Notes under the pieces: model-generated
What the model was told of the DNA's origin: nothing
The model's input: only the letters and a program-made list of their open reading frames with translations
Databases searched by the model: none
Source of the DNA: Eledone cirrhosa
Taxonomy: Eukaryota
Assembly: GCA_964016885.1 (NCBI GenBank)
Contig: OZ024742.1
Coordinates: 88,598,001 to 88,662,000, forward strand
DNA length: 64,000 nucleotides
Direction of reading: 5' to 3'
Position numbers and translations under genes: made by a program
In this document: positions 12,850 through 26,009 of the stretch, in pieces
Numbering within the stretch: position 1 is the first letter of the stretch
Layout: each line of letters opens with the position of its first letter

Positions 12850-15060
12850 ATATTCTTCACATCCAATGTATGTCAATTCATTTTAGAAAGAAATAGGGAA
12901 GGATAATATGCCCATTGATGATTCCCTTCTACGGCTGTAATTGAACACGTTTGCAGAAAGATTTGTAGTGATGAGAAGACATACAATGAACATGTAGATT
13001 GGACTAGATGCACAGAAGAATCTTACAAAAGTGTGCAAGAAGAGACAATAGCAGACTTAAGGATTCTACTCACAAAGGTTCATAAAAGGAAATCATCTGT
13101 TAAATATAGGCTGTCAAATGTCTGGTTTTCATCTCTCTCTTGCGTACATAAAAGTGTGTCCAGTTGTTCAATGTAACTATGCAAAATATTGAAAAAGTAA
13201 AACATCTGCCTGGATGTCAAGCGGTATTATATATTTACTCTCAACAAATAAGGAAACAAAAAGGCAAAACCAAATTATCGACGAATAATCTGTTTATCCA
13301 CCACATATAGACTTTTAACATGTATCCTCATGGAGAAAAATATGTACTTATTGAAGAAAATAATATTTCCCCATTGAACAAAAAGCGTTCTTATGGAAGT
13401 AAAGGACAACTGTTAATTAATCGTATAATCCTTAAGATATGTCATAAAAAAGTACAGAAATCCCAGTTCCGTATGGAAAGAATACAAACATTTGACAGCA
13501 TACTTCATTTATTCTGAAATGACTGCGCATCTTAAAATTCCATCCTGTAATTTCAATGTTTCTGGAACATAATGTGTAATTGTCGAGCACACATTTCCAA
13601 TTATATCATCCCAATGGAGTACTAAGTTCAAACAATATTAGCATCAACTGTGGCACTTTCAAAGGTGATTCACTTCCGCCTCTATTTCCTTTCCACAGAT
13701 CTAATACCAATTACAATTGAATTTATTAGAAGTTATGGTTATGAAACTGACAACTGAAATTCAGTCGAATTTGATTTGAACCGTTATATAAGCTTGAACA
13801 GGAAAAACTATAAATACCTAGGTACAGGGTAAAGAATGTTATGGGCGAGTACGAGCAGTTCTGAATTCTGAGTTAATGCACATGCGATGTCATAGTGATA
13901 CATTTATTAACAGTTTCAGTTGCTAGTTAAAGCTTCAATATGTTGAATCTGGATATCAATATCAATGAAATAAAGAGAATTGATACAAAACTGCGTAAGT
14001 TGCTGATTTGTTATATGATACACAACCCCAAGATATGTATCATGTCTACCTTCCCAGAACTCAAAATGGTTACAGCGTGTCCAAGTTAAAACATTACAAT
14101 TCGATGGCCAAATACCACGAAGCAACAAACGGTCGGATGCTGAAACTTGTTGAAAGCCTTAAGAGGAGTAAGAAGTATAATTCTAACTTTAGATAAAGCA
14201 AAATGATTTATACTGCTTTAAATACTAATATCCACCCTAGAGAGATTGGGGGACTTGCTACAAAAAAAGTAAAGTTAATGTCAAAGAAAAAAGGGCATTG
14301 ACATTTAGCATTGGGTTGGAGACAGAAACACCTGCATGGCGAATATGTGGCCCTTAGCAAACAAGCTGATGTTGACCAGCAACAAAGCTCTCATTGTCTA
14401 CGTAGCTCAGTGATAAAGGCAGAGAGTGACGGTTTCATATCAGCTGATCACCATCAAAGCTTATTTACACGGAATTATCAAACCAATGTGATTAGAAATG
14501 TTGTAGATACAAAGTGCTAATTATGCAATAACGGGATTGAAACAGTAGACAGCATAATTCCAATATATAAGGTTTATGCAAGAGTAGAGTATGAATAAAG
14601 GCATGAGAGATTAGGCTTATATCTACACTGATTAATGTGTTAGCATTATATAATGAAAACTGCTGACAGGTGGTATAAGCATCACCCATGGCTGTAACTG
14701 TGGAAGAAAATATATTGATCATTTGGGAACTTCTTGTACATAAAGCTAATAAATCAGATATTATTGTAAAGACTAAAGTAATAGTTTTTATATACCTGGG
14801 CATCCCATGTTATCACAATATTGTGGAAAAAGAATTTGACAAGCTCAGAAAATATAACGGTTTTCTCAAAGAAATCGAAATGTGTGAGATTTCAAGAGTG
14901 TTACCAAGGCAATGAATGTCAAAGCGCAGACATGATCAAAGAAAGGAACAGGAAATGATTGGGGAATGATCCCTGCCTTACCATCTCGGCAGGAAATGCA
15001 AAACTGTTTTTTCAACTGGTGCAGCACACTTATTGAGATGAGAATATGCACGCTCAATAC
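12850..15060 (+). mobile_element. Decayed RLE-type (R4/Dong-like) non-LTR retrotransposon, RT C-terminus to restriction-like endonuclease
   Basis: YKYLG (~13809), LHGEY..VDQQQS..KAESDGFI..QSLFTRNYQ..KC*LC..ETVD (14330-14550, CCHC-like region), ILIIWE..ANKSDIIV..IP..NIVEKEFDKLRKY (14710-14860, PD..D endonuclease). Confidence 0.75.
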
Positions 15061-17010
15061 TTGTGCTGCACCAGTTGAAAAACTGTCAGGCTATTACCCA
15101 CAAGAGTACTCAATACTTGGCGTAATAGAGTGGGTAATATAAAAGAATCAGGACCCCGACGGCTGAACTCCAGACGTAGGGCTCCTGACCTTTTCATTTA
15201 TATATTTATATATATATATATGAAAATAATCAAGCACTCTTATAGGCTTGTTTATCAAACTGATGTAGATATGATTTTAAACAGATACTGTGCATATGCA
15301 TAATGCATCTGGTATTCTTGCATCTGTGTAATGTGTATGACCTGAACTATCTGGTGTGATTACATTTGAAATTTATCAAATAATGCAGTCAATTTCCCTG
15401 CCTTAGGTGCTGGAAAGACAATCGGCAAAGAAAATCAATCAATAAATAAATAAAAAATAGAAAATAATTAAAATTGAAGGAAAGAATGAAACACATATTA
15501 ATGATATTTTTTATGTTTTATATGAATAAAATATATATTAGGTTCTTCTAATTTTGCAACATAGGAGTTTGGGATTTGAAGTCCTTTGCTTTTTCCTCCT
15601 TGACGGCTGAGCACATATAGTATCCCTTAATAATTTCCGTGACATATCATATCATGCGTTCATAATCCCCGATTCTGTCGTGGGTGTAGGTTAATGATAT
15701 AAGTCTATGGAATGTTTTATTTGGCGGCGCCCATGTCACTCCAGGCCCTAATCAGGACGACTATCTCCAAAGAATAAGACGTGGAGTGGAATATTGATGT
15801 GATATACAGATGAGGAATCGATCAGAATTTAAAACTGATAATTTATTTATGGAGATCAAATGGATGAGCGCTAAATTTGATCTGAGCAAGATTTGAACAC
15901 ATAAGCTAGAAAGTGAAAACGAGGAGAATGAATCATTCTATCTGACGACGTTGGAACATATCTTCCAATTTTACATCTTATAATTCATATAATCTGCCCT
16001 ACGATAACTACTCATATGGAGACAGTTATAATTAAGATTCTCCAAAACAGTAGTCCGATGCACAAAATCCCTTGCATTATTTGGTAAAGTACCTTCACCT
16101 TATGAGATAAAATTCCGCAGAAAGTGTGTTTGGCTCATTTCTCACCCGAGTTTATAAAAGATCGACACGTCAAGGAACGACTTGGATTTGAACGACAGAA
16201 GCATCCCACAAAAATTATTGTCTTTATTTTTGACAATGCTAGAAGTAATTATTTACAAGTAGTTCGTAAACAAATCTGTTTGTCATTCACTCACCAGCTC
16301 ATTGTATATAGTTATCTATATTATCATTCAGTCTCTTTCAGAGGAATCTTTTAATAATTTCGTGATTTGGAATTGTTCAAATTTGAATGTAATCTACAGA
16401 TGTCATGCAGCGCACTAAATTCTATTTTAGTTTATCTGTCATGGAGAAATCATAACAAAATGTTGCATCAGCTGGAAGTAAATAACGGAAGGCTTATGAA
16501 ATATTAATATTACTGTTATTCATTCACATATATTTGCTATAAATGAAATAATAGTAGTCTTGTCAACAATATCGACATGTCGGTTCCGCAACATATTTCA
16601 GCACGTCACCCATTTCGAACAATTAGGATCAGTCAAGCTAGTGTATTGTGGACGTATTGTTTCATTCAATCATCAAATACTATCTGATCGTTCGTGTGTG
16701 GACTTTGTGAGTTAAACACGGAATAGCAATGGTGTTAATCATCAAATGATTCACAATGAATGAAGTAATATAAATAGTCTGGTTGTATTTCCGAAACAGC
16801 ATATTAAATTTACTCCAACATTTAGATGTGCCGAATTAATAGATATTCATGTGATTTGTCACAAGGGTAATTATATTTATTGAAAAGGAAAATGGTGCAT
16901 TCTGAAAAAAAAACACCAGTACAACACTGGTACGTCAGATAATCAGCTCTATTCAATCACTAAATACATGAAAATGTATATTCATATAACACAGACACGC
17001 ATACGTTTCT

Positions 17011-17072
<62 letters not shown>

Positions 17073-17073
17073 C

Positions 17074-17121
<48 letters not shown>

Positions 17122-17336
17122 TTCGTTTCTGAATTTGTTTAGCAAGATTCTTTATCTGAAATCGTGTGTTGAAACCGATATTGTTATACTTTGGGAGGGT
17201 CATGTTGCCAATAAGAAACACACGCACCAGTTGCTTTCACTTCAATTTAATTTATTATATATTTATAAATTTACAAATTTATAAATTTCTGGTTGGTTGG
17301 TTGGTTCGACAACCAGATATTTGTTTATATATATAT

Positions 17337-17381
17337 AGTCATAGTTCTTTCGTCACACACTCTGTGACCTCTTCAGTGACT
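17337..17381 (-). ncRNA. Minimal type I hammerhead ribozyme in the PLE 3' UTR
   Basis: Reverse complement reads AGTCA-CTGAAGA-G-GTCACA..TGTGAC-GAAA-GAACTA-TGACT: stem I AGTCA/TGACT, stem II GTCACA/TGTGAC, CUA cleavage triplet. Confidence 0.7.
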
Positions 17382-17672
17382 GGGGATTTCTTTCTTCGTT
17401 TCTGTGCCTTTCCTTTCTTCTATCCTACGCCATTTTGTTTGTGTGTGTGTTGCGTGCTCAGTTTGCGCATGCGCCACATCCGGGTGTCTGTGTGTGTTTG
17501 TGTTCATTTTTCTATTTTTCTATTTATATTTTTATATTTGTTTGTTTATTTATTTATTTATTTATTTATTGTTGGTTGGTTGTTTGTTCTATGTGTGTGT
17601 GTGTTTTCATTTTGTGTGTGTTTTCAATTGTAAGTTGTTTGTTCTATGTGTGTGTGTGTTTTCATTTTGTCC

Positions 17673-20615
17673 TTAATTGTAAGTTGTGATGTTGCTGTTC
17701 CACTCATATTTTCTATTTAATTTTGGTTTTAATTCTTTTATGCTTACTGCCTCTGTAATTTGCCTAAACATTGCGTCTTTCTTGTGTGTGGATTCTATTT
17801 TTATTTCTATGCTCTCTAATTTACCCCTGTGTTCTATCTTAGCATGTTGGTAGAGCACAGATGATTCTTTATTATATTGGAGGTCTCGCCAGTGTTCATT
17901 TATTCGTTCCCCTATACTACGAGCTGTCTCACCTATGTACACTATATTTTTGTTTCTACATTGTCCTTCAGTACATCTTATGCTATATACTACATTTCTA
18001 GTTTTACAGTTAATATGGGGACTTATTTTACAGGTTATACATTTCTTATCTATACATGAGGGTCTTTGGAACGGGTATGTCTAGCTAATAAGTGTTTTTA
18101 CGGAGGTACCAGGTCTTTCTACTATCTTAATATTGAGATTATGTTTCTTTAGGGCCCTTCTAAATTTGTAGGCTAGTTCGCCTCTAGGGGTTGTATTGAT
18201 GAACATTACACTCTGGTATTTATTGCTATCATACCATGAGTTTATTCTATTGGCCTTGTTCTTAGTTCTTTCTATTCTATTCCAAAATGTGCTCCTATAC
18301 AAGGGGCAGGTCCCATTTATGTCATTATTTACCATTTTTTCCCATTTGGTTCTGGCTCCTTTATACACTCTGATTCTATCTCTCTGATTGTAGCCAGAGA
18401 ACTGCATACGGTGGATGAAGTGTTGTATGTGTCTCTCTAGTTCTTCGGGGTTGCACATGCGGGACACATTTCTCATCACCCGTACCAAATCCGCAATCAG
18501 TATGTTGATTTTGGTATGGTCCGAAATGGCCGAGTTTCGGTGGATCAGATGTTTGGAAGTCATGGGTTTGGCATAATGGGAATGGAGGATTTGTTTTTGG
18601 TTGTTAATTGTATCTAACCAGAGCTCTGTGTCTAGTACAGGTAATCGATGGTTGGGGTGTCTACTTGGGTAGTCTATAGTAACTCTAATGCTCTGGTGGA
18701 TGGAGTTTGCTATTTGCTGGATGCTTTCCATTGTGTTTTTCTCTAGTTCCTGACTGTTCTTTAGTGGGGGTGTCTTAACTACGATGTTTATATCATCTAC
18801 GTAGCGGGAGTACATTATCAGGGTTAAGCTGTCTTCTAATTGTTCATTAAGTTTTTGTTTAAGTCTACTGTCCCACCATACCATGAATAAGTTAGCTATG
18901 TCGCCTGCAATGCTAACACCAATGGCTGCTCCTTCCTCTTGGGCATATGTTTTACCATTAAATTTGAACATATGTTCCTTAAGGGTTAATTTTATGCTGG
19001 CCCCTACCGCATGTGCAATCATTTTATTCAGTTCATCGTGGTTTTCGGGTGTCCGTATGGCTCTGGTCCACCCGTTCCATCTATCTGTGTGGGTTTTCTT
19101 GGCCATTGAGGTAATGGTAGGTGGTCTGCCTCTTGCTGGTCTTGTAGGGCACAGGTTGCTAAGGTCATAAGTGTCTAGGTAACTATTACTATGGGCAAGC
19201 TTAAGTAGAAGTCCCAGCTCACTGGTATCAATCCCACGGAACTCAACCTTGCTCTCGCTGATAATTTTGACGCATTTCTCCACAGCAAAATCCACGTCAA
19301 TAGATGGATACAGGGACACAACATCCGTACTGCCTATTATGCAGTTTGTTAGGTCCCCAGATCGGTTACCCGCGCCGATTCTGCTGAGGAGGTCCTCCGT
19401 GCTGTCACACACATCTGGGGACATCTCAATGATGGGGCGTATGATCAGGGAGAGGAAGTAGGACAGTCTGTAGTTACTAGCAATGTTAGCCCCACAGACT
19501 GGCCGTGTTGGTGGTCCCGCGACAGGGTCCCAGCCCGTTTTATGGTCTTTTCGAAGCCCATACAACGCCGGCACGTCATTGTTCCAGGCCTGGAAGTTGT
19601 TGGCAGTCCTTTTGTTGGGCTGCATTATATTTGTCCACATTACCATATGGGCATTGAGGGTTTTTTCTCTATCCTCATGCTCCTGTGCTGTTACCTCTCT
19701 TGTGTTAGTGATGTGGGGTTGCATTGCCTGGATGTAGTTTGGCTGTCAACCGACATTCTGCCAGACTTGTCTGTTGGAAAGCATGCTATCTCTCCATTAC
19801 GCGAGCGCTGCATGAGCTTACGCAAGCCATTTGCAGATTCTTCTCCCAGTTGCTGGGCCTCTATTCTATTATGCTTCTTGCTATACTGTTCTATAATATT
19901 TCTAAGTTCGGATTTAGCTATACTAAATTGTGCTTCTGTTTGTTCATCGACCTGCGACGGCAACTGCGTGCGTTTGTTAAATGGCAAAGTCGTGGCGTGG
20001 ACTCGTCGTAGGTCGAATGATTTATAGGAGGGGTTATAAAACGGAGAGTTCCAGGCTGCTGCTTTATGTGTACTAGTGCTATTGTTATTGTTATTGTTAG
20101 TTGTGTTGTTTCTATTTCCACCAACAGCAGCAGCCACAGCTTCATGGTTGTTTCTATGTCTCTCATAATTACTCCTGTCTCTTTCCACTGGCTCAATGTT
20201 GTTATCTACCCTATTTTGTGTGTCTGTGTGTTCGTCTTGGTTATTCTCTTTGTCCTTAGTCTCCCATCTCCTTTTCCTTTTAATCCTATTACTTTCTCTT
20301 ATTTCTCTGATTTCTGTGCTACTGTCATTACTTGTTTTCTGTGTCTGTGTGTTTGTTAAGATTGTGGTGGTGGTGAGAGGCATTGAATGCGTGTGTGTTG
20401 TTGTTGTTGTTGATGTGTGTTGTTGTTGATGTGTGTTGTTGTTGTCTCCGTGTGTGTGTGTGTGTTATCGTTGTTGTGTGTGTTGTTATTGTTGTTTGTG
20501 TTTGCGTGTCTGTTGTTGTTGTATCTGGGTATGTTGCTATTGTTGTTGTTGTTGATGTGTGTGTTGTTGTTATTGTTGTCTCCGTGTGTGTTGTTATTGT
20601 TGTTTGTGTCTGCAT
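17673..20615 (-). pseudogene. PLE RT-GIY-YIG ORF, minus arm; 4-bp deletion at ~19740 and AAG>TAG stop at 18081-18083
   Basis: ORFs 19691-20383, 18081-19724 and 17673-17942 join up; motifs TDKSG, LYGLRKDHK, TRPV, DVVSLYPSI, GAAIG, YSRYVDD, SGY, PLYR, YIGETARS..ER..EH, RQITEAV, LNRKYEWN. Confidence 0.9.
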
Positions 20616-23265
20616 GTAATGACAGTAGCACAGAAATCAGAGAAATAAGAGAAAGTAATAGGATTAAAAGGAAAAGGAGATGGGAGACTAAGGACAAAGA
20701 TAATAACCAAGACGAACACACAGACACACAAAATAGGGTAGATAACAACATTGAGCCAGTGGAAAGAGACAGGAGTAATTATGAGAGACATAGAAACAAC
20801 CATGAAGCTGTGGCTGCTGCTGTTGTTGGAAATAGAAACAACACAACTAACAATAACAATAACAATAGCACTAGTACACATAAAGCAGCAGCCTGGAACT
20901 CTCCGTTTTATAACCCCTCCGATAAATCATTCGACCTACGACGAGTCCACGCCACGACTTTGCCATTTAACAAACGCACGCAGTTGCCGTCGCAGGTCGA
21001 TGAACAAACAGAAGCACAATTTAGTATAGCTAAATCCGAACTTAGAAATATTATAGAACAGTATAGCAAGAAGCATAATAGAATAGAGGCCCAGCAACTG
21101 GGAGAAGAATCTGCAAATGGCTTGCGTAAGCTCATGCAGCGCTCGCGTAATGGAGAGATAGCATGCTTTCCAACAGACAAGTCTGGCAGAATGTCGGTTG
21201 ACAGCCTGCCAAACTACATCCAGGCAATGCAACCCCACATCACTAACACAAGAGAGGTAACACCACAGGAGCATGAGGATAGAGAAAAAACCCTCAATGC
21301 CCATATGGTAATGTGGACAAATATAATGCAGCCCAACAAAAGGACTGCCAACAACTTCCAGGCCTGGAACAATGACGTGCCGGCGTTGTATGGGCTTCGA
21401 AAAGACCATAAAACGGGCTGGGACCCTGTCGCGGGACCACCAACACGGCCAGTCTGTGGGGCTAACATTGCTAGTAACTACAGACTGTCCTACTTCCTCT
21501 CCCTGATCATACGCCCCATCATTGAGATGTCCCCAGATGTGTGTGACAGCACGGAGGACCTCCTCAGCAGAATCGGCGCGGGTAACCGATCTGGGGACCT
21601 AACAAACTGCATAATAGGCAGTATGGATGTTGTGTCCCTGTATCCATCTATTGACGTGGATTTTGCTGTGGAGAAATGCGTCGAAATTATCAGCGAGAGC
21701 AAGGTTGAGTTCCGTGGGATTGATACCAGTGAGCTGGGACTTCTACTTAAGCTTGCCCATAGTAATAGTTACCTAGACACTTATGACCTTAGCAACCTGT
21801 ACCCTACAAGACCAGCAAGAGGCAGACCACCTACCATTACCTCAATGGCCAAGAAAACCCACACAGATAAATGGAACGGGTGGACCAGAGCCATACGGAC
21901 ACCCGAAAACCACGATGAACTGAAGAAAATGATTGCACATGCGGTACGGGCCAGCATAAAATTAACCCTTAAGGAACATATGTTCAAATTTAATGGTAAA
22001 ACATATGCCCAAGAGGAAGGAGCAGCCATTGGTGTTAGCATTGCAGGCGACATAGCTAACTTATTCATGGTATGGTGGGACAGTAGACTTAAACAAAAAC
22101 TTAATGAACAATTAGAAGACAGCTTAACCCTGATAATGTACTCCCGCTACGTAGATGATATAAACATCGTAGTTAAGACACCCCCACTAAAGAACAGTCA
22201 GGAACTAGGGAAAAACACAATGGAAAGCATCCAGCAAATAGCAAACTCCATCCACCAGAGCATTAGAGTTACTATAGACTACCCAACCATCGATTACCTG
22301 TACTAGACACAGAGCTCTGGTTAGATACAATTAACAACCAAAAACAAATCCTCCATTCCCATTATGCCAAACCCATGACTTCCAAACATCTGATCCACCG
22401 AAACTCGGCCATTTCGGACCATACCAAAATCAACATACTGATTGCGGATTTGGTACGGGTGATGAGAAATGTGTCCCGCATGTGCAACCCCGAAGAACTA
22501 GAGAGACACATACAACACTTCATCCACCGTATGCAGTTCTCTGGCTACAATCAGAGAGATAGAATCAGAGTGTATAAAGGAGCCAGAACCAAATGGGAAA
22601 AAATGGTAAATAATGACATAAATGGGACCTGCCCCTTGTATAGGAGCACATTTTGGAATAGAATAGAAAGAACTAAGAACAAGGCCAATAGAATAAACTC
22701 ATGGTATGATAGCAATAAATACCAGAGTGTAATGTTCATCAATACAACCCCTAGAGGCGAACTAGCCTACAAATTTAGAAGGGCCCTAAAGAAACATAAT
22801 CTCAATATTAAGATCGTAGAAAGACCTGGTACCTCCGTAAAAACACTTATTAGCAAGACATACCCGTTCCAAAGACCCTCATGTATAGATAAGAAATGTA
22901 TAACCTGTAAAATAAGCCCCCATATTAACTGTAAAACTAGAAATGTAGTATATAGCATAAGATGTACTGAAGGACAATGTAGAAACAAAAATATAGTGTA
23001 CATAGGTGAGACAGCTCGTAGTATAGGGGAACGAATAAATGAACACTGGCGAGACCTCCAAGATAATAAAGAATCATCTGTGCTCTACCAACATGCTAAG
23101 ATAGAACACAGGGGTAAATTAGAGAGCATAGAAATAAAAATAGAATCCACACACAAGAAAGACGCAATGTTTAGGCAAATTACAGAGACAGTAAGCATAA
23201 AAGAATTAAAACCAAAATTAAATAGAAAATATGAGTGGAACAGCAACATCACAACTTACAATTAA
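20616..23265 (+). pseudogene. PLE RT-GIY-YIG ORF, plus arm; 5'-truncated, 13-bp deletion frameshift at ~22286
   Basis: ORFs 20417-22306 and 22375-23265; same motifs plus linker CIDKKCITC..C..NVVYSIRC..C..YIGET. Confidence 0.9.
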
Positions 23266-23530
23266 GGACAAAATGAAAACACACACACACATAGAACAAA
23301 CAACTTACAATTGAAAACACACACAAAATGAAAACACACACACACATAGAACAAACAACCAACCAACAATAAATAAATAAATAAATAAATAAACAAACAA
23401 ATATAAAAATATAAATAGAAAAATAGAAAAATGAACACAAACACACACAGACACCCGGATGTGGCGCATGCGCAAACTGAGCACGCAACACACACACAAA
23501 CAAAATGGAGAAACGAAGAAAGAAATCCCC

Positions 23531-23575
23531 AGTCACTGAAGAGGTCACATAGTGTGTGACGAAAGAACTATGACT
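23531..23575 (+). ncRNA. Minimal type I hammerhead ribozyme in the PLE 3' UTR
   Basis: AGTCA CTGAAGA G GTCACA TAGTG TGTGAC GAAA GAACTA TGACT. Confidence 0.7.
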
Positions 23576-23726
23576 ATATATATATAAACAAATATCTGGT
23601 TGTCGAACCAACCAACCAACCAGAAATTTATAAATCTGTAAATTTATAAATATATAATAAATTAAATTGAAGTGAAAGCAACTGGTGCGTGTGTTTCTTA
23701 TTGGCAACATGACCCTCCCAAAGTAT

Positions 23727-23786
<60 letters not shown>

Positions 23787-23862
23787 CGAGGGAAAAGTGG
23801 TAAGGAACCAGGTGGACCATAACGCACCAAAGTACTCAATACTTAGGGTAGTAGAGTGGGTA

Positions 23863-23942
23863 ATAGGAGTAAGTAAGACCCCGACGTACAGAATTAGCCG
23901 TCGAAACGGCTTGACCTCAGCCGTCGGGGTCTTACTTACTCC

Positions 23943-23945
<3 letters not shown>
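23863..23945. repeat. 24-bp perfect inverted repeat inside a copy of the 2938-type repeat
   Basis: ATAGGAGTAAGTAAGACCCCGACG (23863-23886) / CGTCGGGGTCTTACTTACTCCTAT (23922-23945). Confidence 0.9.
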
Positions 23946-24007
<62 letters not shown>

Positions 24008-24063
24008 ATCTATCTATCTCTCTCTATCTCTCTCTCACTCTCTCGCTCTTTCTCTCTTTCCTC

Positions 24064-24135
<72 letters not shown>

Positions 24136-24176
24136 TATATATAGATATATAGATATATATATATATATATATACAC

Positions 24177-24207
<31 letters not shown>

Positions 24208-25425
24208 CAAGTATAACGTATTAGGCACGATGAAGTCCATGAATGAAAGCACTCAATACATTTATGGACTGTCAGATAAAAAAATTCAATTTGGGAATTG
24301 GTATTTCTTATATTCGTGATATAATAATTAAATATCCATATATATACGTTTAGAGACCGGAGTGTCTTGCTCATATATACCAATCAATAATGACTACTAC
24401 GTGATAGAGACAAGGGATAAGAATGCAAAAATGTTCACAATAACAAGATAGACAGAAAAATAGGAGACAACAAAAAAAAAAGTAACATTTATGAAAAGTT
24501 CAACATAGTAGACCTTGAAGTAAAACAAGCCATCATTGAACACCAACAAACAGATAAACATGTATTGCTACATTTAGATAATCGACGCAGCCTGGTTCTA
24601 GAGACAAACACATGCAATGCTGGGAGATCATTATAGAAGGAAACAGCAAGATGATGAACTGAATAGAGGCCATTGTGAACTGCTTAGAAAGGAAATTACC
24701 ACTCCCGGTAGTGAAGAAGATATGTTCTATATTCAACCAATGTTATTATGATCTCAAAAGATTTCGCAATAGATAAGTCTCATGTAGTCAAGTAAGTATT
24801 AATGTGAGCGAAGTCTCATATCCTGGTGGTTTAGCACCATGCGTGGTGAAGTCTTGTAGTGGTGACGATATTAGATTTCCATCTTGTACAAAATCTTTGA
24901 TAGAAACAGTCAAACAATAAATTATATAATATGTAATGTTTACTTCTCTAAACGGGGCTTATTAAATGGTGTACGGAGGAATAAATCTAATATCAACTGT
25001 CTAAAACATGATAAACAATGTGGATATAAACAGAATAATCCGCCACATCTTGACATTTTTTAGACCAATTTTAAATGGCGTCAACTACATCTTACATATT
25101 TGCTCTTGCGTGTATTCCCACAAGAATGAAAGTCTAAAGGAAATGTTACACGTTGTGGATTTCTAGAAATTATTCAACACGTAGTATGAGGAATAATATT
25201 TGTGCTTATTCAATGATAGAGCAAATGCTGAAGGCAATCACGCTTCTCTAAAAAGAAATATTGAATTGAGACCAATTATACTAACAGACATTCTCAATAA
25301 TTCTGGGGGCATAACACACTGTTTTACGTTAGCCTATTAGATTTGGATAATTTTAATTGACTATAAAAACATTGATGATGTATTTTGACTTCCAAAATGC
25401 CTATGATTCCTTGTATGTATATAAG

Positions 25426-25498
<73 letters not shown>

Positions 25499-25893
25499 AC
25501 ATACATATATATATCTATATATATACTATAAAGCTGACAGCCGTATGTAAGTAACAAACTTTCCGCCAAGCGGCTGGACCAAACTGCACCAAATTTGAAC
25601 CATAGATGTAACTTTTCCAAGTAAGAAAGTAAGGGTAATTTTGCTACAGAATTTTGTTAAAAGATTAAAACATTATTTAAATATTCACTTCTTTAACATT
25701 TCCAAATGTTAACACTTCCGGTTATACTACATTCCTAACGTCTTCACGAACCGAAGTATCATCTTCCTGTTTTATTTCGGTTACTAGGTGTTTCGAAATA
25801 TTTACTTCTACGTTCACATATTGATGTCTTTAGTTTCAGAAGATCCCGTTAAGGGTGAAAGCAGCGATTCTTTGCTTAAACTTTAATCTGTTA

Positions 25894-25998
<105 letters not shown>

Positions 25999-26009
25999 AT
26001 ATATATATA

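Larger units (their letters stand above)
17121..23735. mobile_element. Naiad-like Penelope-like element as an inverted dimer: minus arm 17121-20331, 284 bp unique 5' spacer 20332-20615, plus arm 20616-23735
   Basis: Arms are near-identical reverse complements over ~3.1 kb; RT and GIY-YIG motifs in both; both outer ends abut (TA)n. Confidence 0.92.

Noticed and set aside
20417-20615. Hydrophobic Leu/Val-rich N-terminus of the 629 aa ORF (apparent membrane anchor fused to RT)
   Set aside because: It is the antisense reading of the other arm's (AAC/ACA)-rich 5' region across the inversion junction
22375-23730. Selenoprotein/SECIS coding, as reported for some Naiad PLEs
   Set aside because: No in-frame TGA in the reconstructed ORF (the only premature stop is TAG in one arm) and no convincing SECIS in the 3' UTR
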